The notes under the pieces were generated by a model. It saw only the letters and a program-made list of their open reading frames with translations. It was not told the origin of the DNA and searched no databases. A DNA stretch of 64,000 nucleotides from Candidatus Poribacteria bacterium (GTDB lineage: Bacteria > Poribacteria > WGA-4E > PCPOR2b): NCBI GenBank assembly GCA_965218095.1, contig OZ244587.1, positions 5,888,001 to 5,952,000 of the forward strand, given 5' to 3'. The position numbers and the translations under genes are program-made. This document shows, in pieces, positions 53,195 to 64,000 of this stretch (position 1 is its first letter; every line of letters begins with the position of its first letter).

Positions 53195-54055
53195 TCAAAC
53201 CTCCGGTTTTTGCGCTAAAATGCAAAATGAAGACGCACAGTTTGGATCTTGTTTTACAAGCCAGGGATCGAAGTATTTGAATGGCTGAAGCGCCCACGCT
53301 GTACACCATCGGGCGATGAATCCCAGTTTGCCGGAAAAAATCTCAGCAATCCGCTCAGAAAAGAGTGCGCCGGCTTTGAATGGTCCCGCGCTTGGGCCAA
53401 CTGCCACAACATCCAGATCACTAAACAAAGATTTGAATCCTTCCGCTGTGTAGCGAAAGTAATCATAGGGCTGACCGTGGATCGGGTATACAAATGGTAC
53501 GTTGCACCACATGACTCCCTTTGGTTTCAGTATTCGCGCAATTTCTTTGGCCACGCGAAAGGGTTCACGAATATGCTCAAAAACACTTGTACTACACACA
53601 GCGTCAAAAGAATTGTCTAAAAACGGAAGCCAGTAGGCATCTCCAACAACCTCGCAGTTATTGTGCGGTACAATGTCCAGACTGATCCAGTTGTCTGCGA
53701 TTCTACTGTGTCTGTATCCTGAACCAATGTTCAAGATGGTTCCCTGCCCGATTAATTCGTTGAAACGATTGCGATAGGAGCTTCCTATATTTGTTACATT
53801 CGTCTTTGGCATCTTGCGGGCTTCTCGGTAGCCCTTTTTCCTTGTTCCCACAGGTTCCGTTCTTTGCCAACTGCCGTAATTTTCCCGCATGAATTTGGAA
53901 TCGAAGGAGAGCAAAATGGGCAGGTTCTTATCAGCAACTACAGGATACCCACGACGACACGCCGAACAACATAGATGGTCGTCTGCCACGTTCAATTTTT
54001 GTTTGCAATCCGGGCATGCAATCCTTTTGGCCACTTTATCTGGAATATTCATCAA
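53195..54055 (-). CDS. Class I SAM methyltransferase with Trm112-like N-terminus
   Basis: CPDC...CSAC; LNIGSG, LPFLDNSFD, VFEH, HGQPYDYFR. Confidence 0.85.
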   Translation of the reverse strand: MMNIPDKVAKRIACPDCKQKLNVADDHLCCSACRRGYPVVADKNLPILLSFDSKFMRENYGSWQRTEPVGTRKKGYREARKMPKTNVTNIGSSYRNRFNELIGQGTILNIGSGYRHSRIADNWISLDIVPHNNCEVVGDAYWLPFLDNSFDAVCSTSVFEHIREPFRVAKEIARILKPKGVMWCNVPFVYPIHGQPYDYFRYTAEGFKSLFSDLDVVAVGPSAGPFKAGALFSERIAEIFSGKLGFIARWCTAWALQPFKYFDPWLVKQDPNCASSFCILAQKPEV

Positions 54056-54224
54056 TTTTTTCCTTTAGTTGAAACTGTTGTCTACTTTTCGTTTTGTCGA
54101 TCCAGATCCGTCTTCGAGAGAGTCCATTTTGGGGTAAATGCCTTGAAAATCCGATGATTTTGACCCTCAAATGACCAAAAAATGGCTTTGACACCTACTT
54201 TTCAAACAGGCTCTTAGTATCATC

Positions 54225-55187
54225 ATGACATTAGAAGAATTCGTAAATGAAAAACGGAGTAGTTGGTCAGAACTTACCGATCTGTTGACTCGAATCAAAT
54301 CCGGGAATATGCCAGTTCTATCAGCCGCTGAACTGGATCGATTAGGCTCCCTATACCGCCGCGTGACCTCCGATCTGGCAATTGCGAGGCGAGATTTCCC
54401 AAATGAGCGTGTGGTCAGATACCTGAACGATCTGGCGTCTCGGACACATGCGAATGTCTACCAAACGCAACCCCTTCAAAAGAATGCGTTTCGGGATTTT
54501 TTTCTGTCTGGGTTCCCTCAGTTGTTTCGTGAGGACATCATTTTCATCGGGATAGCGTTCCTACTCTTTGCCCTCGCCTTCACGACAACCTATCTCGCGG
54601 TTTGGGCTGAACCTGAGTTGGGTGAACGCCTTGTACCGAGCCACCTCGTCGAAACGATTCAGCGCAAGGAGATGTGGGCGGATATCCCTGAAGAACAAAG
54701 AAACATCGCGGCGTCCTTCATCATGACCAACAACATTCAGGTAGCTTTCCTGGCGTTTGCGCTGGGCATCACGTTTACGCTTGGAACAGTATATATTTTG
54801 CTTTTCAACGGCGCGTTAATTGGAGCGGTTGGTGGTTTATGTCACGTTCATGGACTCGCGCTTCCGCTCTGGTCATTTGTCTCGCCGCACGGCTACATCG
54901 AGTTGACCGTGATCTTTATCGCTGGTGGCGCGGGGCTAAAAATGGGATACGCCCTGATTGCGCCCAAACTTTTTACCCGAAAACACGCCCTAACCGGCGC
55001 TGCCAAGGATGCGGTGAAGTTGATTGGCGGCTGTGTGCCGTTGCTGGTCCTTGCTGGCACAATTGAGGGATTTGTGTCGCCTTCCGGTCTGCCTCCACTG
55101 GTCAAGATTGTGTTAGGAGTGGTGAGTGGGTTGTTGTTGTATAGTTACCTGATTCTTGTCAGAAATAGAAGCGTGCACGCTAATTGA
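54225..55187 (+). CDS. SpoIIM/DUF95 family membrane protein
   Basis: LYRRVTSDLA, YLNDL, IMTNN, PHGYIEL, AGTIEGF. Confidence 0.92.
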   Translation: MTLEEFVNEKRSSWSELTDLLTRIKSGNMPVLSAAELDRLGSLYRRVTSDLAIARRDFPNERVVRYLNDLASRTHANVYQTQPLQKNAFRDFFLSGFPQLFREDIIFIGIAFLLFALAFTTTYLAVWAEPELGERLVPSHLVETIQRKEMWADIPEEQRNIAASFIMTNNIQVAFLAFALGITFTLGTVYILLFNGALIGAVGGLCHVHGLALPLWSFVSPHGYIELTVIFIAGGAGLKMGYALIAPKLFTRKHALTGAAKDAVKLIGGCVPLLVLAGTIEGFVSPSGLPPLVKIVLGVVSGLLLYSYLILVRNRSVHAN

Positions 55188-55634
55188 CTAAAAATCAGTA
55201 TCGTACACCCTGTGAGCCTGGGGCTGATTGTAGCAACTGCACAGAATGCGGCGTTCGACGGGTTGGATTGAGATTTCGGGTTGGTTAGTTTCTTTGGTCA
55301 TGAGGATCCTTTTGCGTTAACTTGGAAATGCCCAACACAATGCAAATTCGATTCAGGCAAAAAGTGGGATAATATCCTTATATGCCTACAATTATGATTT
55401 CTACCCGTCGGTTCTCTGGCTCACTCTCCTCATCGGCGGTTAACTCAGGCAAGCCACTTTTTCCTTATTTATCCATGGTTTATCTCTCCTGTGGAAAAAT
55501 AATTTGAAACGATAACTTACCACCGTGCCCGCAACTCATGTACCCACATCACCTCATCCCCGCGGGGGCAATTGTCTTCACCACGATACCACCAATGAGA
55601 CAACCCCTGTCCTCCGCCTCGAAACGCGCACGCC

Positions 55635-56018
55635 CTATTCCCATTTTCTGGCCAGGTAACGCTTGACCCATTGTGACACATCCAGGTAGGGATGCGTCAC
55701 CGCCCGCTTGCCCGGGGCCCATCGGACGACACAATATTCGCCGGTCTCCGATTGAGATTGAGTATCAAACACATGACTCTCAAACCCATCATCGTGAGAG
55801 AGTAGAAATGAATCGGGTAAAAATTCAGCAATTTTGTAGGCTCTGGTTTCGATTAAACTCCCAATCCCCTCGACTGTTCTTTGGGTCCCGAACAACTCAT
55901 CAGATTCGTAGAGGAGCACGCCGTTGCTAAATTTCAGAAACGCGACATACGAATCGGGGAGTTTCAGATGGAATGTCTTTCTTAATAAAACTGTATTGGT
56001 CAGGAAGATGGCAGACAA
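55635..56018 (-). CDS. SMI1/KNR4 (SUKH) immunity-like protein, possibly 5'-truncated
   Basis: LPDSYVAFLKFSNG, GEYCVVRW. Confidence 0.65.
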   Translation of the reverse strand: MSAIFLTNTVLLRKTFHLKLPDSYVAFLKFSNGVLLYESDELFGTQRTVEGIGSLIETRAYKIAEFLPDSFLLSHDDGFESHVFDTQSQSETGEYCVVRWAPGKRAVTHPYLDVSQWVKRYLARKWE

Positions 56019-56161
56019 TTTGCGGCTTGGATTTGGCGAGCAAAAGTGTCGATCATCCCATTGACCATTACACTTTCTTAATAAAATGGATTAATTCATT
56101 CATCGGATTGTATTGGAATCATCGAAAACATGAGTAGCAACCCAATAACCGAATCGTTCCC

Positions 56162-57478
56162 TCAAATCCGAGATTTCGCCTTCAGTTCAAGGTATTTGTT
56201 AATCACCGCCATCGTCAACTGGTGCGCCGGAACATCGAGGGCGATTGCCCCTCGCTTCACAAGGACTTCCAAGGCTTCTTGCTTTTCGTGCAGCAATTTT
56301 TCGGCAATCGCTTTTTGATAAACCGACTTTGAATCCGTGAGAGGTTGTTGCGCCAGCGCCAAAATATTGGAGTCACTCAGCGTCACGCAGATCACAAGGT
56401 GGCGTCTCCTGAATTGTATTATGTAGTTCGATAGTGTCCGCGCGGATTCGTTGTCAAGGATGTCGGTGAAGAGGATGAACAACGCCCGTTTTCTCTGCTT
56501 CGACGCCAGGTACGCAAAAGCGTTCTCAAAACTTGGTTCAATCCACTGCACCCGGACATCATATAGCAGTTCAAGCATTGCGTGAAACTGCTTCTTGCCG
56601 GGCTTTGGGGGAAGATATTGGTGAACCATATCTGAAAACGTGATCAATCCCACTTTATCGCCCTTCAGCGTGGAAACGTAACTGGTCATGAGGCTCGTAT
56701 TGATGGCGTAGTCGAGTTTAACGAGATCGCCAATCGGTGAAGCCATCAATCTGCCCGTGTCGAGCATGAGGATAACCTCCTGGCTGCGTTCCGTCTCAAA
56801 CTCGCGTACGATCGGTTTGTGACGCCGTGATGTTGCTTTCCAGTCAATCCGGCGGAAATCGTCATCGGGGTGATATTCCCGCAGACGTTCGATTTCCGTC
56901 CCTTCCCCAAAGCGGCGTGAATGCTTGAGCCCGATCTCGTGCAGCATACCCCGCCGAACCAGTAATTCGTATTTTCGCACCTCCAGCAGGTTCGGATAGA
57001 CCTTCACCTCTGCCTGCGACGGAGATCGACGTTGGCAGATAATCAGCCCCAAAACGCCCCAACATCGCAGGTGAATGTCCCCAAAGCTGTAAAGTCCACG
57101 CCGGAGGGGTTTGAGATGATAAGTCAGCGTGTGTGTCGAACGCGGCTCAATCTGAAATTCATGAACGACTAGCCCAGAAGCTATCCACGATTTTCGTGGA
57201 TAGTCGTCTCTAAGATGAATTCGTAACGTATAGCGCGAACGGTTAGTGATACGAATCGTGACCAGATTATCGGCGCCGAGTGAGAATTTTGAGTCTATTT
57301 CACGGATAAGGTCGATCGCTTTGAACAGCGGCGAGGTGAGATAATCGAGCGTGCCAACGCCGAGCAGCACCAACAAATATCCGAAGCTAACGTACAACAA
57401 ATTTGGCGAAACACGGTAAAACGCAATCGGAATCGCGGCGATCAGCAGCAAAAGCACAGCACGGTTGCTCAGTTGCAT
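56162..57478 (-). CDS. DUF58 (vWA-like) protein
   Basis: LREYHPDDDFRRIDWKAT, LDTGRLM. Confidence 0.92.
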   Translation of the reverse strand: MQLSNRAVLLLLIAAIPIAFYRVSPNLLYVSFGYLLVLLGVGTLDYLTSPLFKAIDLIREIDSKFSLGADNLVTIRITNRSRYTLRIHLRDDYPRKSWIASGLVVHEFQIEPRSTHTLTYHLKPLRRGLYSFGDIHLRCWGVLGLIICQRRSPSQAEVKVYPNLLEVRKYELLVRRGMLHEIGLKHSRRFGEGTEIERLREYHPDDDFRRIDWKATSRRHKPIVREFETERSQEVILMLDTGRLMASPIGDLVKLDYAINTSLMTSYVSTLKGDKVGLITFSDMVHQYLPPKPGKKQFHAMLELLYDVRVQWIEPSFENAFAYLASKQRKRALFILFTDILDNESARTLSNYIIQFRRRHLVICVTLSDSNILALAQQPLTDSKSVYQKAIAEKLLHEKQEALEVLVKRGAIALDVPAHQLTMAVINKYLELKAKSRI

Positions 57479-57499
57479 TAGTTCACCTCGTCTGCCACT

Positions 57500-57532
57500 A
57501 ACCTTCCAAAGGTTTGAAACCTTCGGAAGGTT
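57500..57532. repeat. 33-bp REP-like palindrome, copy 2
   Basis: AACCTTCCAAAGGTTTGAAACCTTCGGAAGGTT. Confidence 0.75.
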
Positions 57533-57540
57533 GGCGGTTC

Positions 57541-58536
57541 TTATCTTGGCACTTCAATCGATGACAGCAATCTCTCAATGACGTGATCGGGCGTCAATCC
57601 CTCGATCTCCGCCTCTGGCTTGAGGATGATGCGATGACGATAAACATGGGGAGCTAGAAACTTTACGTCGTCAGGGATGAGGTAATCTCGTCCTTGCATT
57701 GCCGCATAAGTTTTCCCCGCTGAAAACAGCATAATCGACGCACGCGGACTGCCTCCCAGTATTAAATCGCTCGATTGGCGCGACGCTTCAGCCAGATCGA
57801 TGACATAATTGAAAATCGCTTCCTCGACTGTTACTCGCTGAATCTCCGCTCGGCATTGTTGGAGCAACTCGCTATCTATCATCGCTTCGACGCCGACCTC
57901 CTCAAGCACGTGCGCATCAAAGCCATTATGGTAATTAAGCAAGATTTGCCGTTCCATTTCTCGCCCCGGATAATCAACCAACAACTTGAAAAAAAATCGA
58001 TCCAGTTGCGCTTCGGGAAGTGGGTAAGTCCCTTCGTACTCCACCGGATTTTGCGTTGCCAAAACCATGAACGGTTGACCCAGCTCATGGCGAATCCCGT
58101 CAATGGTGACCTGACGTTCCTCCATGCACTCCAACAAGGCTGCTTGGGTTTTCGCGGGTGCCCGGTTAATCTCATCTGCCAGCAGGACATTTGTAAAGAT
58201 AGGTCCACGCTTGAGATTAAATTGATTCGTGGCGAGATCATAAACGCTCGTGCCAAGGATATCGGACGGCATGAGATCTGGCGTAAATTGTACCCGTGTA
58301 AATTCGCCAGACACAATCAGAGCTAAAGTCTTCGCGATCAAGGTTTTCGCGGTGCCGGGAACACCCTCCAGCAAGACATGTCCGCCTGACAAAAAGCTGA
58401 CCACCACTAATTCAAAGAGCTCTTCCTGCCCCACGATGACCTTTTGGGATTCAGCCTTAATCTTGTCGAACAAGGATTGTGCTAGAATGGACATATTGAG
58501 AAGTTCTCCATGCGTGGAACGTAAAACGTGAAGCAT
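57541..58536 (-). CDS. moxR: MoxR family AAA+ ATPase
   Basis: [32 protein letters not shown]. Confidence 0.95.
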   Translation of the reverse strand: MLHVLRSTHGELLNMSILAQSLFDKIKAESQKVIVGQEELFELVVVSFLSGGHVLLEGVPGTAKTLIAKTLALIVSGEFTRVQFTPDLMPSDILGTSVYDLATNQFNLKRGPIFTNVLLADEINRAPAKTQAALLECMEERQVTIDGIRHELGQPFMVLATQNPVEYEGTYPLPEAQLDRFFFKLLVDYPGREMERQILLNYHNGFDAHVLEEVGVEAMIDSELLQQCRAEIQRVTVEEAIFNYVIDLAEASRQSSDLILGGSPRASIMLFSAGKTYAAMQGRDYLIPDDVKFLAPHVYRHRIILKPEAEIEGLTPDHVIERLLSSIEVPR

Positions 58537-58569
58537 ATTGCGTAAATGGAAGCAATGGATGCGCGAAGT

Positions 58570-59265
58570 TGAAATTAACCAATCTCCATTCCCCTCCCCT
58601 CACGTGCTCCCTTTCTTCCGGTCACAGTATGCATCAACCTTTTGGGCGAGTGTCAGAAGGCGCAACTCGGACAGCGGTGCCAGCCGATCTAGTTCCATCA
58701 AGAGTCTTTAAAGTTCGTCGGGGTCAATTTCTTTTCGCCTAGCAATTTCCGATATACAAAGCTGGGTGTATCCAACATCGGATTGATATGCCATTGCGCC
58801 GCCAAGTTGCGACGAAATTCATCTTGGATATGCTTCAAGGTCGCGGAACGTTTTCCGCTTTTCTGGTAGAGATGCGCCATCGCACGCACATATTCCGATG
58901 AAAGCCGCCTGTGCCGGTGCGTCATGCGGTTGCAATAGAAACAAGGCAGTCAACTCGTCAGGCAGCGTATACGGTTCAGCATGTATCCGCTCAAGGCGAA
59001 AATCAAACTTTTCCAGGAGATCATAGAACACTTTCGTCCCATCTGAATAATCTGAATACGTTGAATATGGCACGTCGGCTGACGTGTTCGGCCTCAGGCG
59101 AGACAGCACGAAAAACATGATCGCAATCAGACTGACAAATAATACTATGACGAGGAGTATGTCTCTGGAAATTGTTATGGGGCGTATTGCGTAATGCGTG
59201 AATGAATGAATGAACCCTTGAACCACTGAAGGCTTAAACAGAGTTCTCGTACGCCAATCTGCCAA
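58570..59265 (-). pseudogene. DUF4350-like gene remnant
   Basis: TM + YSTYS..DGTKVF N-terminus; EYVRAMAHLYQKS C-terminus in another frame; middle missing. Confidence 0.6.
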
Positions 59266-59779
59266 CGGACAGCCTCGTACACCTTTTGCAGAAGACCGCG
59301 GTATGCAGTCACTGTTTCTTCATCGAACGGTTTGTATCCATACCAAACCTCATCGAAAGCATGGATAACCGGGCGCAATGCAGCACGCGATGTAACCGGC
59401 GAATCTTCAGTTGATTGAGGCATTTCTTCCTCGGTGCCGCTGATGAAATGATGACGAATCTGCCGGGCAAAAAAGGCAACCACCGCTATCAGGGCAAGCA
59501 CTCCGGCGGTCAAGAGAATGGCATTGAGCAGCCGCCAATTGCCCACGTTGTCAAAAGGTTTAAAAAACTGAGAAAGCCACCGCCACAGACTGAATCTTGG
59601 CTTTCGATCCAGGAGCTCGGACAAGGTCTTCTGAATTGTTCAAATGATAAATCTGCCTGATTGGTTCTAGCGATGAGTTCCTCGCGGAATGCGCGCATTG
59701 CGGTATCGCTGTCCTGTCCGCGAGCGATTGTTGGACACAATAAGGCGGATGCCAACAAGACCGATAGCAAGATTACCAC
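59250..59779 (-). pseudogene. DUF4129-like gene remnant
   Basis: LWRWL, TM segment, FDEVWYG; frameshift and deletion. Confidence 0.6.
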
Positions 59780-59821
59780 ACTATATCTTCTAGCACATTT
59801 GATAAGATTGGGAGTACATGA

Positions 59822-60370
59822 CTATTTCTTAACAACCAAACAACCAGTGATAATGTCGTGAAAGGCTTGCTTTTTTTCAGTAAATGCTGCCATGAAGAAG
59901 CCAATAAGCAGAATTACAGACGAGATGATTTTCCCGAAATACCTTCCGGTTGCGCGCCCAAAGGAGATCTTGTTCCCGTTTAAATCGGTAACGATAATTC
60001 CAATTGCCATTTTACCGAGCGTTGCTTGATTATCAGAACATTCCATCCCTGCAAAATAAAGCTATCCAATCACGGCACCCACAACACCACTGACATCTCC
60101 AATTATTGCATGGACAACAACATGAACAATACCGCCGACATCTCCAGTTATTGCACGGACAACAACATAAACAACACCGAGAAGAAGACCATCAAGCAGC
60201 ACTGCTAAAAACCGCTTCCAGAAGCCGGTATACGTCACTTCTCTTGACGAATCTACAGGTTGTTGAATGTCTGCCGCTGTTGTAGTATCTGCCTGGAGCC
60301 TAGCACCACAGGCTTGAAAAACCTCGCTTGGCTATCGCTTTCTCTTTGACCCGTTGGACATATGATAACA
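59822..60370 (-). pseudogene. Zinc-ribbon RDD family gene, disrupted
   Basis: YTGFWKRFLA..D, QATLGK, HDIITG; in-frame TAG at 60062-60064; frameshift in the zinc ribbon. Confidence 0.7.
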
Positions 60371-61150
60371 CCATTAACATTCTTCGCCATCATTTCGATG
60401 TCGAATGCCTTTTTGCGGATGCGGAGATCGAAATACAAGAGCGTAGTATCAATCAACGCGATTGGGATCGTGATAATGAACAGGACAATTACCAGGCCGG
60501 ACTCTAGAATCTGTACAATCACCGGGTCTCTTCCCATGATCGCCCCTAAGATCGCCGTTAAAATAGATGGGGGCATCTGTGAGATTAAAGTTACCAAAAT
60601 CCACAGCACCAACCCAATACCAAACACACGCCACCACGAACCTTTGACCAACTCACTACTCCGCCTGAGAGAACCGACAGCATTGTAACCTTCGACCATG
60701 ATGCACGGGCAAAATAAACTCCATCGAACAGCAAAATATATGGCGAAAGGTATGCCTATAACTTACCTTTTACATTATTTCGGAACAGTTTTTCTAATTT
60801 TTAGATCCAGTCGTAGCAAAGGTTCCCAACATCTCAATTCGATAGATTGCCACATCACCGCAAAGGTCGTGTTTCTCAAGTGAAACGGCCGATTATTAGA
60901 TCTGTGCTACGTGCGGGTTCGGACTCCGAAATTAAAAAAACTTCCTCGGGATTACGCGAAAGGTCAGTACAAAGCTACCGTTATTCCGATAAATAATCGA
61001 AAATTGCTGCGATATAGGCTGAACGTGGTGTCCAGAATATCCGCGAACCCCATTTCACGCAGCGGTCGTCCTGTTGTGGTTGGCGGGCCCGAACCATCAC
61101 CTGTATTTCCTGATGAACCCGCCGACGCATTATGAGTTTGATCTAACATT
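60370..61150 (-). pseudogene. Membrane protein of the MoxR cluster, interrupted and deleted
   Basis: LREMGFADILDTTFSLYR N-terminus and SLRRSSELVKGSWWR...LLYFDLRIRK C-terminus separated by a foreign insert. Confidence 0.65.
60761..60968. mobile_element. Possible MITE/IS remnant
   Basis: Imperfect terminal IRs ACT(T/G)ACCTTT...AGTTTTT.TAATTT; sits at the break in the host gene. Confidence 0.45.
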
Positions 61151-61285
61151 TTTTCCTCCTCAGTACATAAGGTTTCGTTGGACTTCTCACGCAGGTCTAA
61201 CGGATGCAAGTTCAGTCCAACATAACTATTTTTCATCTTATCACACTGTCCATGGAATTGCAAGGATTAAAGCGCGGAATTCTTG

Positions 61286-61314
61286 TTGACACTTCTGCGG
61301 AAACGGGCTATAAT
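61286..61314 (+). promoter_or_regulatory. Consensus sigma70 promoter
   Basis: TTGACA, 17 bp, TATAAT upstream of the acyl-CoA synthetase. Confidence 0.8.
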
Positions 61315-61370
61315 TCAATAAGGATAATTGGTAACGGACAAATCAGATACGCAATACGGAGAGATCGACC

Positions 61371-63173
61371 ATGCACAAAATAACAATTAACCAGATGCTA
61401 CAAAATACGATCCAGCAATATGGGGCGAAGGCTGCGTTATCCTGCAAAATTGACGGGGCTTATCAGGACATCTCTTACGCAGAGCTCGCGAATCAGGTCA
61501 AGTACTTCTGTTTAGGCTTGATCGAACTTGGGATTCGGAAAGGGGATCGGGTCGCGCTTCTATCAGAAAACCGCCCAGAGTGGGCAATTACTGACCTAGC
61601 GATTCTTGCTGTGGGTGGCGTTACAGTCCCGCCGTTTTCGACGTTGACGTCCCCACAGATAGAGTACATCGTCAGGGACTCAGGCGCAAAGCTCATCTGT
61701 GTATCCAGCGAAAAACAGGTGCAGAAGGTGAAAGCCTTTGACAACATGCCAACCAATCTTCAGCAGGTGATTATCTTCGATTCCATAGAGAGAGAAACCG
61801 ATGATTCGGTCCTCACCTTCGATCAGGTTTGCAAGCTCGGGAAGAAGGTTGAAAACGGCGATCAGGTTTACCAACAAGCCCGTGATGCTGTTGAACCAGA
61901 TGACCTCGCTTCGATTATTTATACCTCTGGGACGATGGGCGATCCAAAGGGGGCGATGTTGACGCACAACAACTTCATGTCGAATGCACGCGCCTGCAAC
62001 GAGATCGTAAGCTTTACCCACGAGGAGGTTTTCCTGTCCTTTCTGCCTTTAGCGCACGTATTCGAGCGAATGGGGGGACACTATCTGCCGTTGGGTTGCG
62101 GCGCGACCGTGGCCTATGCGGAAAGCCCATTTACAGTCGCTCGAAATATGACGGAAGTCCGTCCAACTGTCATGATGAGTGTCCCACGTCTGTATGAAAT
62201 GATGCACGACAAAATTATCCGTTCCGTCAAAGAAGGTTCTCCAACCAAACAGAAGATTTTCTACTGGAGTGTCGGGGTTGGCGAACAAGTGAGTCAGGCA
62301 GTACAACAGAAAAGGAAGCCATCTCCCATCTTATCGCTCAAGGCAAGTCTTGCTAACATACTGGTCTTCAAAAAACTTCAGGGAGCAACAGGCGGTCGCT
62401 TACGGTTCTTCGTCTCTGGGGGCGCCCCGCTGCCGAAATCGATCGCAGAGTTTTTCCACGCGGCAGGCCTCCTGATCCTCGAAGGGTATGGCTTGACAGA
62501 AACTTCACCGGTAATCAGTGTGAATCGTCCGGATCAGTGGAAGTTTGGCGCTGTTGGTCCCGTCATTCCGGACGTGGAAGTGAAGATTGTAGAAGATGGG
62601 GAGATCTTGACGCGAGGACCTCACGTCATGCAGGGCTATTTCAACAAACCAGAGGACACACGGGAAGTCATTGACGCAGATGGGTGGTTCCACACAGGTG
62701 ATATCGGGGAGCTCGATGCGGATGGCTTTCTGAAGATTACGGATCGGAAAAAGAATCTGATCGTCCTTTCCAACGGGAAAAATGTCGCTCCACAACCGAT
62801 CGAGAATCAACTCAAGCAGAGCCAGTACATCAACGAAATCATGCTCATCGGCGATCAACGCAAAAGCATTACCGCGCTTATTGTGCCAAATTTCGATGCG
62901 ATTCAGGAGTACGCAAGAGAGAGCCAGCTTGAGACTGAGGACGTCGCTGGGCTCATCAGGACGAAGGAGATTCAGCAACTCATTCGGCATGAAATTAACC
63001 AGTATTCGACGAGTTTTGCTGATTTTGAGCGGGTCAAGATGTTCACCTTACTGGAGCGGGAATTTACGCAGGAAGCTGGAGAGGTCACGCCAACGCTTAA
63101 ACTCAAGCGGAGGGTCATTGTCCAAAAGTACAAAGATCTGATTGAGGCGATGTATGGTGAGGAGGGTGAGTAA
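61371..63173 (+). CDS. Long-chain fatty-acid-CoA ligase
   Basis: YTSGTMGDPKG, EGYGLTE, GWFHTGD, TPTLKLKR. Confidence 0.95.
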   Translation: MHKITINQMLQNTIQQYGAKAALSCKIDGAYQDISYAELANQVKYFCLGLIELGIRKGDRVALLSENRPEWAITDLAILAVGGVTVPPFSTLTSPQIEYIVRDSGAKLICVSSEKQVQKVKAFDNMPTNLQQVIIFDSIERETDDSVLTFDQVCKLGKKVENGDQVYQQARDAVEPDDLASIIYTSGTMGDPKGAMLTHNNFMSNARACNEIVSFTHEEVFLSFLPLAHVFERMGGHYLPLGCGATVAYAESPFTVARNMTEVRPTVMMSVPRLYEMMHDKIIRSVKEGSPTKQKIFYWSVGVGEQVSQAVQQKRKPSPILSLKASLANILVFKKLQGATGGRLRFFVSGGAPLPKSIAEFFHAAGLLILEGYGLTETSPVISVNRPDQWKFGAVGPVIPDVEVKIVEDGEILTRGPHVMQGYFNKPEDTREVIDADGWFHTGDIGELDADGFLKITDRKKNLIVLSNGKNVAPQPIENQLKQSQYINEIMLIGDQRKSITALIVPNFDAIQEYARESQLETEDVAGLIRTKEIQQLIRHEINQYSTSFADFERVKMFTLLEREFTQEAGEVTPTLKLKRRVIVQKYKDLIEAMYGEEGE

Positions 63174-63266
63174 GATTGAAGATAATCCCTACCTATTCCA
63201 ATCTCGGTTCGGAAGGATGGAAGGAAAGAAGAAGCCGATTTGCAAATTCGCCCGATTGCCGATTGT

Positions 63267-64000
63267 CTAAAACGCATGTCCGATTGCATAGGTGAGGACC
63301 GGTTTGAACGATGACTTTTCCGGGCCATCCAATGGGTATGCTAGGTCTACACGGTAGACCCGTGATCCACTTAGCTTGGGAATGCTAACTCGCAAACCAA
63401 ATCCGACACTCCGTTTTGGATCCCCCAGGTCGAAGGCATCTCCAGTCCAAATATAACCGACATCTGCAAAGATGGCAGTTCCAACCACAATCAGCGGATG
63501 TTGCCAGAAAATCGTTCGGCTTTCGATGTTCAGTCGAATTCTTTTGTCACCGCTGAATTGTCGGGAAGCATACCCTCGCAGTCCGCGATTTCCACCGAAG
63601 AGGACTTGCTCTTCGCCCTCAAGTCCGAATTGCATTTCTGTTGAAATTTGTGCAGCAAGGGTTTGATGCAGAAATAGATTCTTGCGTACAATTTTGATAT
63701 TTACGCTGAATACCGAGTCCTCCGCTTGCTGCTTGACAAAACGGGTTGCAAAGTCTGTGCGGGCGCGGAGGAAGAACATATCCTGATATGCTTGGGATAG
63801 GTTGAAGGACAAATCCAGTTTTGTTTCGGAGCGATCTGAACCATATAGTGGCGAAGCGTGACCAATTAATACGCCGTACCCATACCCGACGCCAATATCT
63901 TCGACACGTCCCATCTTATTGAGAAACCGTGTGCGGATAAAATCAAACTTTCTGTGATCAAGCGAGACGCCAATCATTTTCGCGTTTCTATCCTGAAAGT
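63267..64000 (-). CDS. Omp85/BamA-TamA family outer-membrane protein (5' partial)
   Basis: GLRGY, FADVG, SVGFGLR, C-terminal F. Confidence 0.8.
   Translation of the reverse strand, partial: FQDRNAKMIGVSLDHRKFDFIRTRFLNKMGRVEDIGVGYGYGVLIGHASPLYGSDRSETKLDLSFNLSQAYQDMFFLRARTDFATRFVKQQAEDSVFSVNIKIVRKNLFLHQTLAAQISTEMQFGLEGEEQVLFGGNRGLRGYASRQFSGDKRIRLNIESRTIFWQHPLIVVGTAIFADVGYIWTGDAFDLGDPKRSVGFGLRVSIPKLSGSRVYRVDLAYPLDGPEKSSFKPVLTYAIGHAF

Overview
Bacterial chromosomal window of about 50% GC. Phytanoyl-CoA-dioxygenase-like genes, a DUF2341 remnant and heavy gene erosion tentatively suggest Poribacteria; this is inference only. 1-16 kb is mostly housekeeping: rpe, PASTA protein, fmt, def, lspA, a motif-less IleRS-like protein, yggT, proC, yggS, pgeF, amidase, tatCA, modE-modABC. 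16-33 kb holds accessory and catabolic genes with several decayed pseudogenes. 33.2-41.8 kb is a foreign-looking four-gene operon: HTH/SAM-methyltransferase-like protein, SMC/Rad50-like ATPase, winged-helix protein and an SPPY-type DNA methyltransferase. It is the best candidate for an undescribed methylation-linked SMC defence system, here broken by a nonsense codon and by a 2.2-kb IS1595-family element whose small passenger genes are separated by hairpins. 42-64 kb has metabolic genes (SDR, aminotransferase, Nudix, Nudix-eIF2B fusion, lysA, pcm, HhH-GPD), a second IS inside an Rpn-like gene, an eroded MoxR/DUF58/SpoIIM/RDD cluster, an acyl-CoA synthetase and a partial Omp85-family gene. No tRNA, rRNA or CRISPR array was seen. 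All calls come from reading motifs by eye; no database searches were run.
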